DNA of 63,963 bases, filler included, from a bacterium (GCA_026985515.1; 7 parts of 7 records of this genome joined end to end with filler, not necessarily neighbours in it); one strand, 5' to 3'; shown: positions 9,222 to 18,665, numbered from the whole stretch's first letter. Numbers and translations: made by a program. The notes: generated from the sequence alone by a model not told the origin.

Positions 9222-10185
9222 TCCCTCCCAGAACCAGGTAGGCTCCCGTGAACAATATCTTGTTCAGCGGCTTTCCTATGGTACTCAGAGCGTAACTGTA
9301 CCTCTGGAAACCTGAAAACTTCTCCTCCCTGAAAAACTCAATATCAAAAATCCTGCCGGTGATCTTTGTTTTCACATTAACACCAAGCAGTTCATTCATG
9401 AGATAAACAACTGTGGAAAATCCTCTTTCTACCCCTGCCTTTTTCACCTGAAATTCAATGTAATCCATATCCAGATTGCTCATATAAAGGTAGTAGAGAT
9501 CCATCAATCCCGAAAGAGGAAGTGTAAAGGCATCTTTAATGAGATGAATAACTGTTATAACAAATTGATCTTCGGGAGATGGATAAAAAAAGAACTCATT
9601 AACTCTGTGTGCCCTCTTCCATATTTCACTCTCATCAAGGGTGTATCTGAATCTCTGGAACAACCTGTAGTGGATATCGATCAACTTCCACTTATCAGGT
9701 CCTCTGAATGTAATCTCAGCCCCGATTCTCTCAAGAAAGTTCCTTCCAGTTTTTACGATTACAAATCCATTTTCAAGCATTTTATTACTCAATCTTACCC
9801 TGTCCTCCCCTTTTATCAGGAAGTCATAATCTCCCATTAACCTCAGAAGAGGATCGGGATAAAACCTTCTTGTGTAAATTCCTTTAAATGCCATCACAGG
9901 AACCTGAATCTGGTTGAAAAAATTGTTCAGATATGTGACCTGCTCCCCTGTAAAGAGATAATCTGCCCCAGCCATCACAAAATCCCTGTACAGCCCCCTT
10001 TTGACCCTTTCATCCAGGGAATTAAGAAGCTGTGATCTCTTCAGATAGTAAAAAAGAAGTGGTGATAAATTGGCTCTGGAGGCAAAAGATGCCTGCTCAA
10101 GTGTGACTTCACTTTCAAGTCTCCCATATTCAATAAGAGAAGCAAGGTTTCTGAAAAAAGAATTTGAAACTGGAGGGATTCTCAT
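9199..10185 (-). CDS. Nucleotidyltransferase family protein (NTP_transf_5-like)
   Basis: FKG....YPDPLLRLMGDYDFLI, IDIHYRL, IHLIK, LMDL. Confidence 0.85.
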   Translation of the reverse strand: MRIPPVSNSFFRNLASLIEYGRLESEVTLEQASFASRANLSPLLFYYLKRSQLLNSLDERVKRGLYRDFVMAGADYLFTGEQVTYLNNFFNQIQVPVMAFKGIYTRRFYPDPLLRLMGDYDFLIKGEDRVRLSNKMLENGFVIVKTGRNFLERIGAEITFRGPDKWKLIDIHYRLFQRFRYTLDESEIWKRAHRVNEFFFYPSPEDQFVITVIHLIKDAFTLPLSGLMDLYYLYMSNLDMDYIEFQVKKAGVERGFSTVVYLMNELLGVNVKTKITGRIFDIEFFREEKFSGFQRYSYALSTIGKPLNKILFTGAYLVLGGIDLVSEK

Positions 10186-11006
10186 TTTTCACCTTTCAGC
10201 AGTTCATACGTTGTCTTCGAAGTTTGAAAAACCCTTCCCTCTTTCTTCAACTTATCAAGATGAGCCAGGACAGTTAGTCGGGCAAAGGGTACTACATGCT
10301 CAGGAAGATCCTCCTTATCGTAAACATAATCTGTTATTTCTTCAATGCTCTTTTTACCACTCTCAATGGCTTTAATAATCTGTTTCTCCCTCTCAAGCCT
10401 GTGGGCAATATATTCATCTATTTTTTCACCGGGGTTTGCAATCTCTTCTCCATGACCGGAGTATATTACCCTTATATCAAGTCCCCTGAGCATCTTTAAG
10501 GTCTCCATGTAAACCTTCATATCTCCCTCAGGGGGTCCCACCCATGGGGTACCCTTACTTAGAATGGTGTCACCTGAAAAGAGGATCTTCTCTTCCTCAA
10601 CATAAGGGGAAATATGTCCCCTCGTATGTCCCGGAGTGTGGCACAACCTGACTGTAAATCCTCTGAAAAAGAGCCTCAACCCCTCTTTTACCCTGAAAAC
10701 AGCATCTTCAATTTCAAATTTAAAACTGGGAGGAACCTTTTCATCTCTGTGAAGAAAAATTTTAACACCAAGTTCTCTTAAAAATGGAATTCCACCCGCG
10801 TGATCTTCATGGAGATGGGTGATAAAAGCAGCCTTTAAATTCCACTTTCGTGCAATGGCTTCTATCAACTTCTTCGTCTCTTCTGAGTAAAAACCACTAT
10901 CTATGAGTACAGCTTCCCCCTCGCTCTCAATCAGGTAAAAATTGGCTTCAGGTTCTAAAGAGAGATCCCCACCTGAAACGACAAATCTTTCAACCTTAAT
11001 TGCCAT
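10182..11006 (-). CDS. MBL-fold metallo-hydrolase with C-terminal winged helix (LACTB2-like)
   Basis: THLHEDHAGG, TPGHTRGH, FSGDTIL, SGHG, HRLERE, AHLDKL. Confidence 0.9.
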   Translation of the reverse strand: MAIKVERFVVSGGDLSLEPEANFYLIESEGEAVLIDSGFYSEETKKLIEAIARKWNLKAAFITHLHEDHAGGIPFLRELGVKIFLHRDEKVPPSFKFEIEDAVFRVKEGLRLFFRGFTVRLCHTPGHTRGHISPYVEEEKILFSGDTILSKGTPWVGPPEGDMKVYMETLKMLRGLDIRVIYSGHGEEIANPGEKIDEYIAHRLEREKQIIKAIESGKKSIEEITDYVYDKEDLPEHVVPFARLTVLAHLDKLKKEGRVFQTSKTTYELLKGEK

Positions 11007-11664
11007 CCTTTTTCTTGCTTTTCCTCTTCTTCTCCAGTTCCTTCCTCTCTATGAAAGGCAGCAGATAAGACCAGACAAGTTTAACTTCTTCCCTGTTCCG
11101 GAGGATTATGTAAACCTTTTCAAAAACGAAGTTATCAAGGGCTCTCAGAACTGCTCTGAGGGAATCCTCAATTGGTATAAAATTGTAAAAGGCACCCAGC
11201 AACCTCAACCTTATCTTTTTAACATCGTTTTTCTTCATAATTGAAAACGCCTTCATATAGGCACTCACCAATTTTCTGTAGGAGTAAAAATTACCTTCAG
11301 GCTCATTTATCATATCAAAAACCACTATCCTGACCTTTAAAGGATCAAATATTGTGGGTGGGGTGTCTCGATCCCCCCTTCTGCCTTCAATGTACGCATC
11401 ACCAAGCTCATATGCCCTTACAGAAAAAACATCTCCGGCAAAATCTTCAAAATCCTCATCATCAAAAATATCTTCCTTCAAGATGTAACTGTTCTCCTCC
11501 GGTGTCATTATTCCAAGGGAATCCTGTTCAAGAATTATTCCATCAGCCTTGATACTCTGCTCATCCTCATATGAAAGGGCAAGTAGATTATCACCAAAAA
11601 CCACCTCCACATTCTTATCAAAGTATCTTTGACGATACTTTTCAAAGTCAACAATTTTACCCAT
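10996..11664 (-). CDS. Hypothetical protein, probable degenerate Macro-domain fold
   Basis: VEVVFGD, ADGII, ELGDAYI, IVVFD, KKIRLRLLG follow the order of Macro-domain elements; alternative GTG start at 11670. Confidence 0.5.
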   Translation of the reverse strand: MGKIVDFEKYRQRYFDKNVEVVFGDNLLALSYEDEQSIKADGIILEQDSLGIMTPEENSYILKEDIFDDEDFEDFAGDVFSVRAYELGDAYIEGRRGDRDTPPTIFDPLKVRIVVFDMINEPEGNFYSYRKLVSAYMKAFSIMKKNDVKKIRLRLLGAFYNFIPIEDSLRAVLRALDNFVFEKVYIILRNREEVKLVWSYLLPFIERKELEKKRKSKKKDGN

Positions 11665-11681
11665 TTTCACACTCCCCGAAA

Positions 11682-12509
11682 TTATTTCTCAACCTTTTGA
11701 ATCAAAACCCTGTCACCAAGGGGAAGGTCATAAAAATCACACCTCATTAAACCTCTTTCCTTCTCAATTTTAAGCACATCACACTCTCCGTTCTCCAGTT
11801 TCATCCTTTCACCCTTCTTTAATAGTGCAATTTCTATGCCTTTTTTTACCGATATTTTTCTCATAGAAGGTGCCATATCCCAGATTATATCCTCAATCAG
11901 GAGTGAAGTTCCATCCACCGAAATCTCAAGATTTTTAGTTGCAATAAATCTGATGGAAATATTCCCCTTCCTCTCAACAGAACCTGATGTGGATGACACA
12001 GCAGTTAGCTTTAACTTAAAAAATTTGTCACCTATTTCCCTGTTCATACTCAGAGTTATCAGTTTACCATTCACCTTCAGTATAAACTGCTCAGGTGAGA
12101 GAGAAGCAGCCATAAGGGCAACTTTGCTGAGTTTCAGAGGTAACTGTGAAGGTGAGCATATCCCCAGAGTCACATTGGAATTAAGCGGATCTGACGAATC
12201 AACATCCAGAACCACCAGTGCATTTCTGGAATCAAGTATGTAGTAATCGTACAGATCAAGATTAACCTTTCTGTAATCACTTCTGCCCCTTATTCCAATT
12301 TCAACTCTCCCATAAATCCCGCTTCCAGGTGGATAAATCTTCAGGATTGCAACGGTGAAATTTCCCACTTTAAAGTTATCGCCGGTGAAATACATATCTT
12401 TGGTGGTGAAATGTATATTCAGAATGGCTTTTCTGTATCGCTCAATATCAAATCTGTGGGAAACACATCCAGAGAGAAGAATCAGTAGAGTGAGGACGAC
12501 CTTCTTCAT
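11682..12509 (-). CDS. Hypothetical lipoprotein
   Basis: MKKVVLTLLILLSGC lipobox from ATG at 12509; the longer ORF-track start overlaps the divergent gene. Confidence 0.75.
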   Translation of the reverse strand: MKKVVLTLLILLSGCVSHRFDIERYRKAILNIHFTTKDMYFTGDNFKVGNFTVAILKIYPPGSGIYGRVEIGIRGRSDYRKVNLDLYDYYILDSRNALVVLDVDSSDPLNSNVTLGICSPSQLPLKLSKVALMAASLSPEQFILKVNGKLITLSMNREIGDKFFKLKLTAVSSTSGSVERKGNISIRFIATKNLEISVDGTSLLIEDIIWDMAPSMRKISVKKGIEIALLKKGERMKLENGECDVLKIEKERGLMRCDFYDLPLGDRVLIQKVEK

Positions 12510-12516
12510 TTCTTTA

Positions 12517-12525
12517 ATTATACCA
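12517..12525 (-). promoter_or_regulatory. Extended -10 promoter (TGgTATAAT), 7 nt from the ATG, probably leaderless
   Basis: Minus strand reads TGTGGTATAATTAAAGAAATG. Confidence 0.55.
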
Positions 12526-12584
12526 CATTTCCTTCTGTTTCCAACTGGCATAAAAGGAAGTTTACAGGTAATATAAATGGGAAG

Positions 12585-13898
12585 ATGGACAAAAAAGATA
12601 GAATAGTGGTTATCCTGTTTTATCTCCTTCTTGCGGTAAATCTTATCCTCTTTGGAGGTCCCCATCATGCAACAAGAGTGATTTCTCTAATTATCTCCCT
12701 TTTCATCTTTGGATTTATACGATTCAGGAAACAGGTCAAAGGAGGGTGGCTCTGGACAGGTCTTATTATCATATCTATTTTTCAACTGATCCCCCTCCCG
12801 GAACAAATTTTGAAAATTATATCTCCTGCTACCTACACTCTCAGAATCCTGCCCCTCCATCAGACTGGATTATCCCTTGAAACATTATGGAGGCCCATCT
12901 CTGCTGCACCTGTTGAAACCATGTTTTTTCTATCAACAATCTTCACAGCCAGTATCATATACATGGTTTCCTATCTATTTATACCTGGAAGCATCTCATC
13001 TCTTCAGCGATTCTTTAAGTTCCTGTTTGCACAGTCAATTTTCATCATTCTGGCAGAAATAATTAACAAGTTCTCCGGTACACACAGGATTTACGGCTTT
13101 ACCCTTGAGAGGAAATCACCCTTTGGTGAGTTTATAAATCCCAATTTCGCCGCCACCGTAATGGCAATGTCTCTGCTCGTATTTCTCAACTTTTCTCTCA
13201 ACAGAAGCAAAAAGGAAAATAAAATTACAGGCATACTCCTTTCAGGAATAATTTATGCGGGAATAATACTCACCCTATCCAGAAGCGTGATCATCTACAC
13301 ATCCCTGCTGGTTATTTTTCTGATAATTTCAAACATACAGCCAGAGGGTAACAGAAGGGAAAAAATTATCATCTCATTACTTATTCTTCTTGTCATCCTT
13401 TACGACATCTTTAACCTTGATTTAACTCCTCTTATTAAAAAATTTGATGTTCTGTCTCTCTCACTCAGAGCAAGAAAGGAATTGATCAACTCCACTGCAA
13501 AAATTTTTCTTCACTCACCGGTCACTGGAATAGGCTTTGGAGGAATGTATGAAGCCTTCCACTTCTTCACAATTCCCATGAGGCTCTCAATCCCATACGA
13601 TGATTTTGATCTTTTGCAGATACTTGCAGAGGGAGGGATAATCTCCTTTATTCTTGTAACTGGATTCATCTGGTGGAACTACAAAATTGAAAGGGAAAAG
13701 AGGAGTAAACTCCCTGAAATTTATCAACATTATATTATAGGTCTTGACCTCGCACTGATTCTGTTTCTACTCCACTCCTTCTTTGCCTATGTTTTCTTCT
13801 TTCCATACACTCACTTCATGATGGCATCAATTCTGGGAGTGAGAAATGGAATACTTTTCAGAAAATTCAGAAGAAAAAATTCATGGAAACGAATATGA
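12585..13898 (+). CDS. O-antigen ligase / Wzy_C family membrane protein
   Basis: Multiple TM segments, FINPNFAA, TLSRS, PVTGIGFGG, LQILAEGG. Confidence 0.8.
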   Translation: MDKKDRIVVILFYLLLAVNLILFGGPHHATRVISLIISLFIFGFIRFRKQVKGGWLWTGLIIISIFQLIPLPEQILKIISPATYTLRILPLHQTGLSLETLWRPISAAPVETMFFLSTIFTASIIYMVSYLFIPGSISSLQRFFKFLFAQSIFIILAEIINKFSGTHRIYGFTLERKSPFGEFINPNFAATVMAMSLLVFLNFSLNRSKKENKITGILLSGIIYAGIILTLSRSVIIYTSLLVIFLIISNIQPEGNRREKIIISLLILLVILYDIFNLDLTPLIKKFDVLSLSLRARKELINSTAKIFLHSPVTGIGFGGMYEAFHFFTIPMRLSIPYDDFDLLQILAEGGIISFILVTGFIWWNYKIEREKRSKLPEIYQHYIIGLDLALILFLLHSFFAYVFFFPYTHFMMASILGVRNGILFRKFRRKNSWKRI

Positions 13899-14732
13899 AA
13901 TCTGCAACTGATTCAGCATCTCTCTCCTGAATCTGCTCCTGTAATAGTAGTTATACCTCTTTGCGGACAGTACAGCCCCATATATGTTACCAAGGTAAAA
14001 ACCCATACCAATAAAACCCCAGAAGCCAGCCTCAGCGTAACCATAATGGGGAATCATCTCAGCCTTTCTTATAGCCTGATAGGTTAAAAAGGCAAAAATG
14101 GCATTGACCACAAATGACATTCCAGCCTCACCATAGTGGGAAGTGTACACCTGACCGGCACCAGGCAGAAGAGCAGAGAGCACTCCAGCAAGAAGAGGGG
14201 ATCTGTACGGTAATTTTTCAGGGAAGTTCTTCATTAAACTAAAAACCTTCTTCTTATCTTCACCAGATACCTCATCAGCGTAACTCCTCAAAAATTTCAA
14301 ACCATCTCTGTCAAACTGCATCATCTTACTTATACCAACAAGAAAATTCCTCCTCCTGTCTCTGAGTCTTCCCCAGAGATACTCAGCCATTGAGTAATTC
14401 CCTCTGATGAAAAAGAGGCGACCTCTGAGATAGATCAACCTCTCTTCACTGCAGTAACTTTTCCCTCTATCATACTCCCTGAGCGCCTCTTCATAATAAC
14501 CTGCCCTGATGAAAGACTCTGCACTTTTTGTTAAAAGCCTGCATCTATCTCTATCGCTAACGGCGTCAAAGAAAGCCATATAATACATGGTTATAGCCCT
14601 GTAGTACTCGCCATTTTTGAAAAACTGATCTCCATAAAATTCCCACCTTTCACCAGCATGGAGAGATATTGAAACTGCAAGCGAAAAAAATATGAGCAAA
14701 AATTTTCCATTTATTTCCAGAAATCGCTCCAT
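13881..14732 (-). CDS. Exported TPR protein with C-terminal TM2-like membrane region
   Basis: Signal peptide, GEYYRAITMY TPR-like helices, RSPLLAGVLSALLPGAGQVY. Confidence 0.75.
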   Translation of the reverse strand: MERFLEINGKFLLIFFSLAVSISLHAGERWEFYGDQFFKNGEYYRAITMYYMAFFDAVSDRDRCRLLTKSAESFIRAGYYEEALREYDRGKSYCSEERLIYLRGRLFFIRGNYSMAEYLWGRLRDRRRNFLVGISKMMQFDRDGLKFLRSYADEVSGEDKKKVFSLMKNFPEKLPYRSPLLAGVLSALLPGAGQVYTSHYGEAGMSFVVNAIFAFLTYQAIRKAEMIPHYGYAEAGFWGFIGMGFYLGNIYGAVLSAKRYNYYYRSRFRREMLNQLQISYSFP

Positions 14733-15169
14733 ATATATGCCCTCTCAGGTGGATCATAAACTCTCAAAACACCATATTTAACAACAAGCGGGAACCATTT
14801 ATCCTTAACAAGATTGGGATACTCTCTCATCTGCCGGTTGAAAAGCATCAGCAATCCCCAGAAAAAGCCGTATCTTCTGACCGACTCAATTCCAAACTGG
14901 CTGCATGTGGGGTAATATGGACACTTGGGTCCATCAATGGGAGAGAGAATTTTCTGGTAGAATCTGAATAAAATTATCAGGCCTTCCGAAACTGGATTTT
15001 CTTCTTCAATTAAATGTGTTTCCCTTTTCTCCCATCCAAACGGTGAAAAACTTTTCTTTGAATCAAGATCATAAATCATGCCAGGGTAAAAATTACTTCC
15101 CCACAGAGAAGGTGGAGAAAAACTGAAAATCAAGAAAATAGTTAAAGCAAATTTTCTACTCCACACCAA
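14711..15169 (-). CDS. yidD: YidD-like membrane protein insertion efficiency factor with N-terminal extension
   Basis: YQKILSP..GPKCPYYPTCSQF..ESVRRYG..WG. Confidence 0.75.
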   Translation of the reverse strand: MVWSRKFALTIFLIFSFSPPSLWGSNFYPGMIYDLDSKKSFSPFGWEKRETHLIEEENPVSEGLIILFRFYQKILSPIDGPKCPYYPTCSQFGIESVRRYGFFWGLLMLFNRQMREYPNLVKDKWFPLVVKYGVLRVYDPPERAYIWSDFWK

Positions 15170-16541
15170 GAAGTTTCCTCAAAAATGGACTTGAAAAAAT
15201 TAACTTCAAAATACCAAACCTGTTGAGAATCATGATGGCCACAAGCACCGGAGAAATCCATCCCACAGTGAAATTCCATCCTCTGTACAGGTACTCAGGA
15301 TATCTGGCAAAGTGGATCTTCTTCAACTTCTCCTCAAGAACAAAGGCAGTGAAAAGTGCAATGAAGAATCCACCCACAGGGAGAAATATATTTGTGGACA
15401 GCCAGTCAACAAAGTCAAAGAAACTATCCCAGATGGCACTTGGAACACCCAGGAGGAATATAAGAAATCCCACAACTGGAGTAACAATCTTTCTATCCCA
15501 CCCCAGCTCATCCACAAAAAAAGCCACAACAACTTCGAGGAGAGAGATTGCAGAGGTAAGAGCCGCAAAGGTGAGGAGGGTGAAGAATAGAAATGAAATA
15601 ACCATTCCAAAATGCAATTTTGCAAACACAACAGGAAGGGTCCTGAAAACAAGGCCCGGACCTGCAGAGGGCTTCAATCCAAAGGTGAAAACTATGGGGA
15701 AAATGGCCATCCCTGCCAGAAGAGCAATCAGTGTATCCAGAACAGCAACACTCACGGCGGGAACAACAATATCCTCTTCATCTTTGAGATAACTTCCATA
15801 GGTTATCATTGCTCCCATTCCAAGGCTAAGGGTGAAGAATGAGTGTCCCAGTGCCTGCAGAATGGCATCAGGTGTCAATTTTGTGAAATCTGGCTTGAAA
15901 AGAAAAGTGAGACCTGTCACGAATCCTTTAGTTGTGGCGGCGTAGAGGTCAAGAAAAAGGATAATCCCAAAGAGAAGGGGCATCAAAATTTTGCTCCACT
16001 TTTCCAGTCCCTTCTTGACCCCTCCAATAACTATTCCCACAGTGAAAAACATGAAGATGAAGTGCCAGATAATTTCAATTCCCGGCGAAGAGGTGAGTTC
16101 CACAAAAAGATGGTCAATCTTCTCAGGTGGCAAACCTGAAAAGGGTTCAAAAATTGATCTGAAGACATAACTCAGAGCCCAGCCAGCCACCACACTGTAG
16201 AAGGAGAGTATCACAAATCCAGATACAACTCCCATCCACCCCACAAGCTGCCAGTACTTTTTTCCTTTTGGAGAAAGAACGATAAAGGTTCCAACAGGGT
16301 CACGATGGGCAGACTTACCCAACAGTATTTCTGCAATCAGAAGAGGCAGACCCACCAGAAGAACACTAAAAAGGTAAACGAAGACAAATGCTCCTCCTCC
16401 ATATACACCTGTAATGTAGGGAAACTTCCATACGTTACCCAGGCCTATAGCAGATCCCGCCGCAGCAAGTACAAAAGCAAATTTGCTACCCCAGGATCCC
16501 CTCTGGAGGAGATGCTCAGGTGGCGACTTTTTCTCACTCAC
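15156..16541 (-). CDS. Sodium-dependent transporter, SNF/NSS family
   Basis: AAAGSAIGLGNVWKFPY, FFTLSLGMG, AGPGLVF. Confidence 0.93.
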   Translation of the reverse strand: MSEKKSPPEHLLQRGSWGSKFAFVLAAAGSAIGLGNVWKFPYITGVYGGGAFVFVYLFSVLLVGLPLLIAEILLGKSAHRDPVGTFIVLSPKGKKYWQLVGWMGVVSGFVILSFYSVVAGWALSYVFRSIFEPFSGLPPEKIDHLFVELTSSPGIEIIWHFIFMFFTVGIVIGGVKKGLEKWSKILMPLLFGIILFLDLYAATTKGFVTGLTFLFKPDFTKLTPDAILQALGHSFFTLSLGMGAMITYGSYLKDEEDIVVPAVSVAVLDTLIALLAGMAIFPIVFTFGLKPSAGPGLVFRTLPVVFAKLHFGMVISFLFFTLLTFAALTSAISLLEVVVAFFVDELGWDRKIVTPVVGFLIFLLGVPSAIWDSFFDFVDWLSTNIFLPVGGFFIALFTAFVLEEKLKKIHFARYPEYLYRGWNFTVGWISPVLVAIMILNRFGILKLIFSSPFLRKLLGVE

Positions 16542-16545
16542 AGCT

Positions 16546-17412
16546 TCAACCTCCTAATTTTTCCCTCAGAATCTTATTCACAATTTCAGGATTGGCCTTT
16601 CCCCTGGTCTCCTTCATCACCTGACCAACAAAGAAACCAATTACCCCCTTTTTACCAGCCCTGTACTTCTCCACCACATCGGGGTTCTCCGCCAGGACTT
16701 TGTCTATGATTTCTTCAATAAATCCTTCATCTTTTATCTGAACAAGACCCTTCTCCTCAATAATCTCCTCCGGAGACTTTCCCGTTTCATACATCTCCTG
16801 AAATACTGTTTTCCCTATTTTTCCAGAAATAGTCCCATCTTTGATTAACCGGAGCATTGAAGCAAGCATGTTGGGTTTTACTCTGCTTTCATAAATATCT
16901 ATTTTATCCTCATTGAGGTGATGGAGAAATTCGCTCATTATCCAGTTGCTCACCATTTTTGGATCACCAAACTCCTTCACCACCTCTTCAAAGTAATCAG
17001 CTACACTTTTTTCCTGCGTGAGCACCTGAGCATCATACCTGGGAATTCCATAGTCCCTGACAAATCTATCTGCCCTTTCAAGGGGGAGTTCAGGAAGGTT
17101 GCCTCTTTCCTTTTCTATCCACTCATCATCAATATCAAGAAACACAAGATCAGGCTCCGGAAAGTATCTGTAATCATGTGCCTCTTCCTTTGATCTCATG
17201 GAAAATGTTTTTCCCCTTGCTGCATCCCATAGTCTCGTTTCCTGAACCACTTTTTCACCAGACTCAATCAACATCACCTGCCGCTCAAATTCATACTGCA
17301 GGGCTCTCTCAATATTGTGAAAGGAGTTCATATTCTTTATTTCAGTTTTTGTACCCAGTTCATCTGAACCCTTTGGCCTGACCGAAATATTGGCATCAAC
17401 CCTCATGGATCC
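16546..17412 (-). CDS. gatB: Asp/Glu-tRNA amidotransferase subunit B, 5' part lost in the gap
   Basis: GSMRVDANISVR, EIKNMNSF, RSKEEAHDYRYFPEPDL, GFFVGQVMK. Confidence 0.96.
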   Translation of the reverse strand, partial: GSMRVDANISVRPKGSDELGTKTEIKNMNSFHNIERALQYEFERQVMLIESGEKVVQETRLWDAARGKTFSMRSKEEAHDYRYFPEPDLVFLDIDDEWIEKERGNLPELPLERADRFVRDYGIPRYDAQVLTQEKSVADYFEEVVKEFGDPKMVSNWIMSEFLHHLNEDKIDIYESRVKPNMLASMLRLIKDGTISGKIGKTVFQEMYETGKSPEEIIEEKGLVQIKDEGFIEEIIDKVLAENPDVVEKYRAGKKGVIGFFVGQVMKETRGKANPEIVNKILREKLGG

Positions 17413-17512
17413 NNNNNNNNNNNNNNNNNNNNNNNNNNNNNNNNNNNNNNNNNNNNTTAATTAATTAANNNNNNNNNNNNNNNNNNNNNNNNNNNNNNNN
17501 NNNNNNNNNNNN
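17413..17512. other. Assembly gap linker (100 nt, N-TTAATTAATTAA-N)
   Basis: N runs around a six-frame stop sequence. Confidence 0.99.
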
Positions 17513-18622
17513 ACTTCCTATCCTGTTTGCAGGAATTTTGGAGGGTCTGATTGCCTCTATATGATACCTTATGATCCTGCCACCACAAGTGACTCTGATC
17601 CTGAAAATGATTATACCCTGCTGGTTGATCCAGATTGTTATGTGGTTATTTACAATACCTCTGGGAATAATGATTACTCATGTGATGGTGATGGTGTAAT
17701 AAGATTGTACATGGGGATGGATAATCAGGATATTCTTGTTGAGGATGGAGATGATGTTTCCCTTATTCAGTGGTTTTACTATGAGGCTTATGATGATAGC
17801 GGTAACCCCACCGAGAAGGGTTATATCTGGCTTGTGGTGGATTACTTTGACTGGAATCCAGGAAATGTGAGTACCTACAACGAGCATCCCAACCACTGTG
17901 GTGCAATTAAAAATGGAATTTTTTATGAATATCCAGATTTTGCGGCGCATTTTGATACTTGGGGAGATGTAAGCGATCAATGTGATATTAACTGGCTCTA
18001 CTATTACTATGGCATTTATTACCTTCCCTATAATTTTCCAGTTAGTTATTCTTCACACAAAATGGATCCCGATACCGATGAATTGCACTCCTCCTATGGG
18101 AGGGTACCCAACGGGTATGATTCTGACCAGACTTCAGACTGGCAGGTGGTTGAGGAGACGCCGGGAACAACTGATGTTGAGATTGAATATATGAAGGCTT
18201 ACTATAAGGATGGAGTAACAATTATTAAATGGAGATCCGCGCATGAAGTGGGGGTTGTTGGTTATAATGTCTATGGAGGTACTTACGGGAAGTTTCACAG
18301 ATTAAACAGAGAAATTATATATTCAAAAGGTGATAACAGCACTTACAGTTTTACTTATGAAGGTAAAGTTGAAATCGTAAGGCTTGAGATTGTGGAGTAT
18401 GGTAATCATAGCTACTTTTTTAAGCCACTCAGGGTAATTGATGAAGCAATTAACTCAGATAAAAATTATCAACCAGAGAGGCTCATACCATGCGCAACTG
18501 ACAGCAGTAAATCTCCGGGATGCAGCGAGGGAGGAGCAGATTCTCCAGAAATCTTTCTCATCTTGTTTCTGTTTTTACCCTATTTTTTCAGAGTGTTATC
18601 TGGATTAAGATTCAGGGCTTGA
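17513..18622 (+). CDS. Cell-surface protein, 5' truncated, with Ig-like domain and MYXO-CTERM-like C-terminal anchor
   Basis: Frame is open from the contig edge (TSYPVCRNFGGSDCLY-MIP...); D/Y/N/G-rich; VTIIKWRSAHEVGVVGYNVY; tail SSKSPGC...IFLILFLFLPYFFR...RFRA. Confidence 0.7.
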   Translation, partial: TSYPVCRNFGGSDCLYMIPYDPATTSDSDPENDYTLLVDPDCYVVIYNTSGNNDYSCDGDGVIRLYMGMDNQDILVEDGDDVSLIQWFYYEAYDDSGNPTEKGYIWLVVDYFDWNPGNVSTYNEHPNHCGAIKNGIFYEYPDFAAHFDTWGDVSDQCDINWLYYYYGIYYLPYNFPVSYSSHKMDPDTDELHSSYGRVPNGYDSDQTSDWQVVEETPGTTDVEIEYMKAYYKDGVTIIKWRSAHEVGVVGYNVYGGTYGKFHRLNREIIYSKGDNSTYSFTYEGKVEIVRLEIVEYGNHSYFFKPLRVIDEAINSDKNYQPERLIPCATDSSKSPGCSEGGADSPEIFLILFLFLPYFFRVLSGLRFRA

Positions 18623-18647
18623 AAACCTCTTTTCTCTTTGATATAAT
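18619..18647 (+). promoter_or_regulatory. Sigma-70 promoter of tRNA-Leu
   Basis: TTGAAA-N17-TATAAT with TG extension. Confidence 0.65.
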
Positions 18648-18665
18648 CCATTTTGAAAGATCGAT

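Noticed and set aside
17457-17468. TTAATTAATTAA palindrome recurring six times
   Set aside because: Artificial six-frame-stop linker inside N runs, not a biological repeat or CRISPR.
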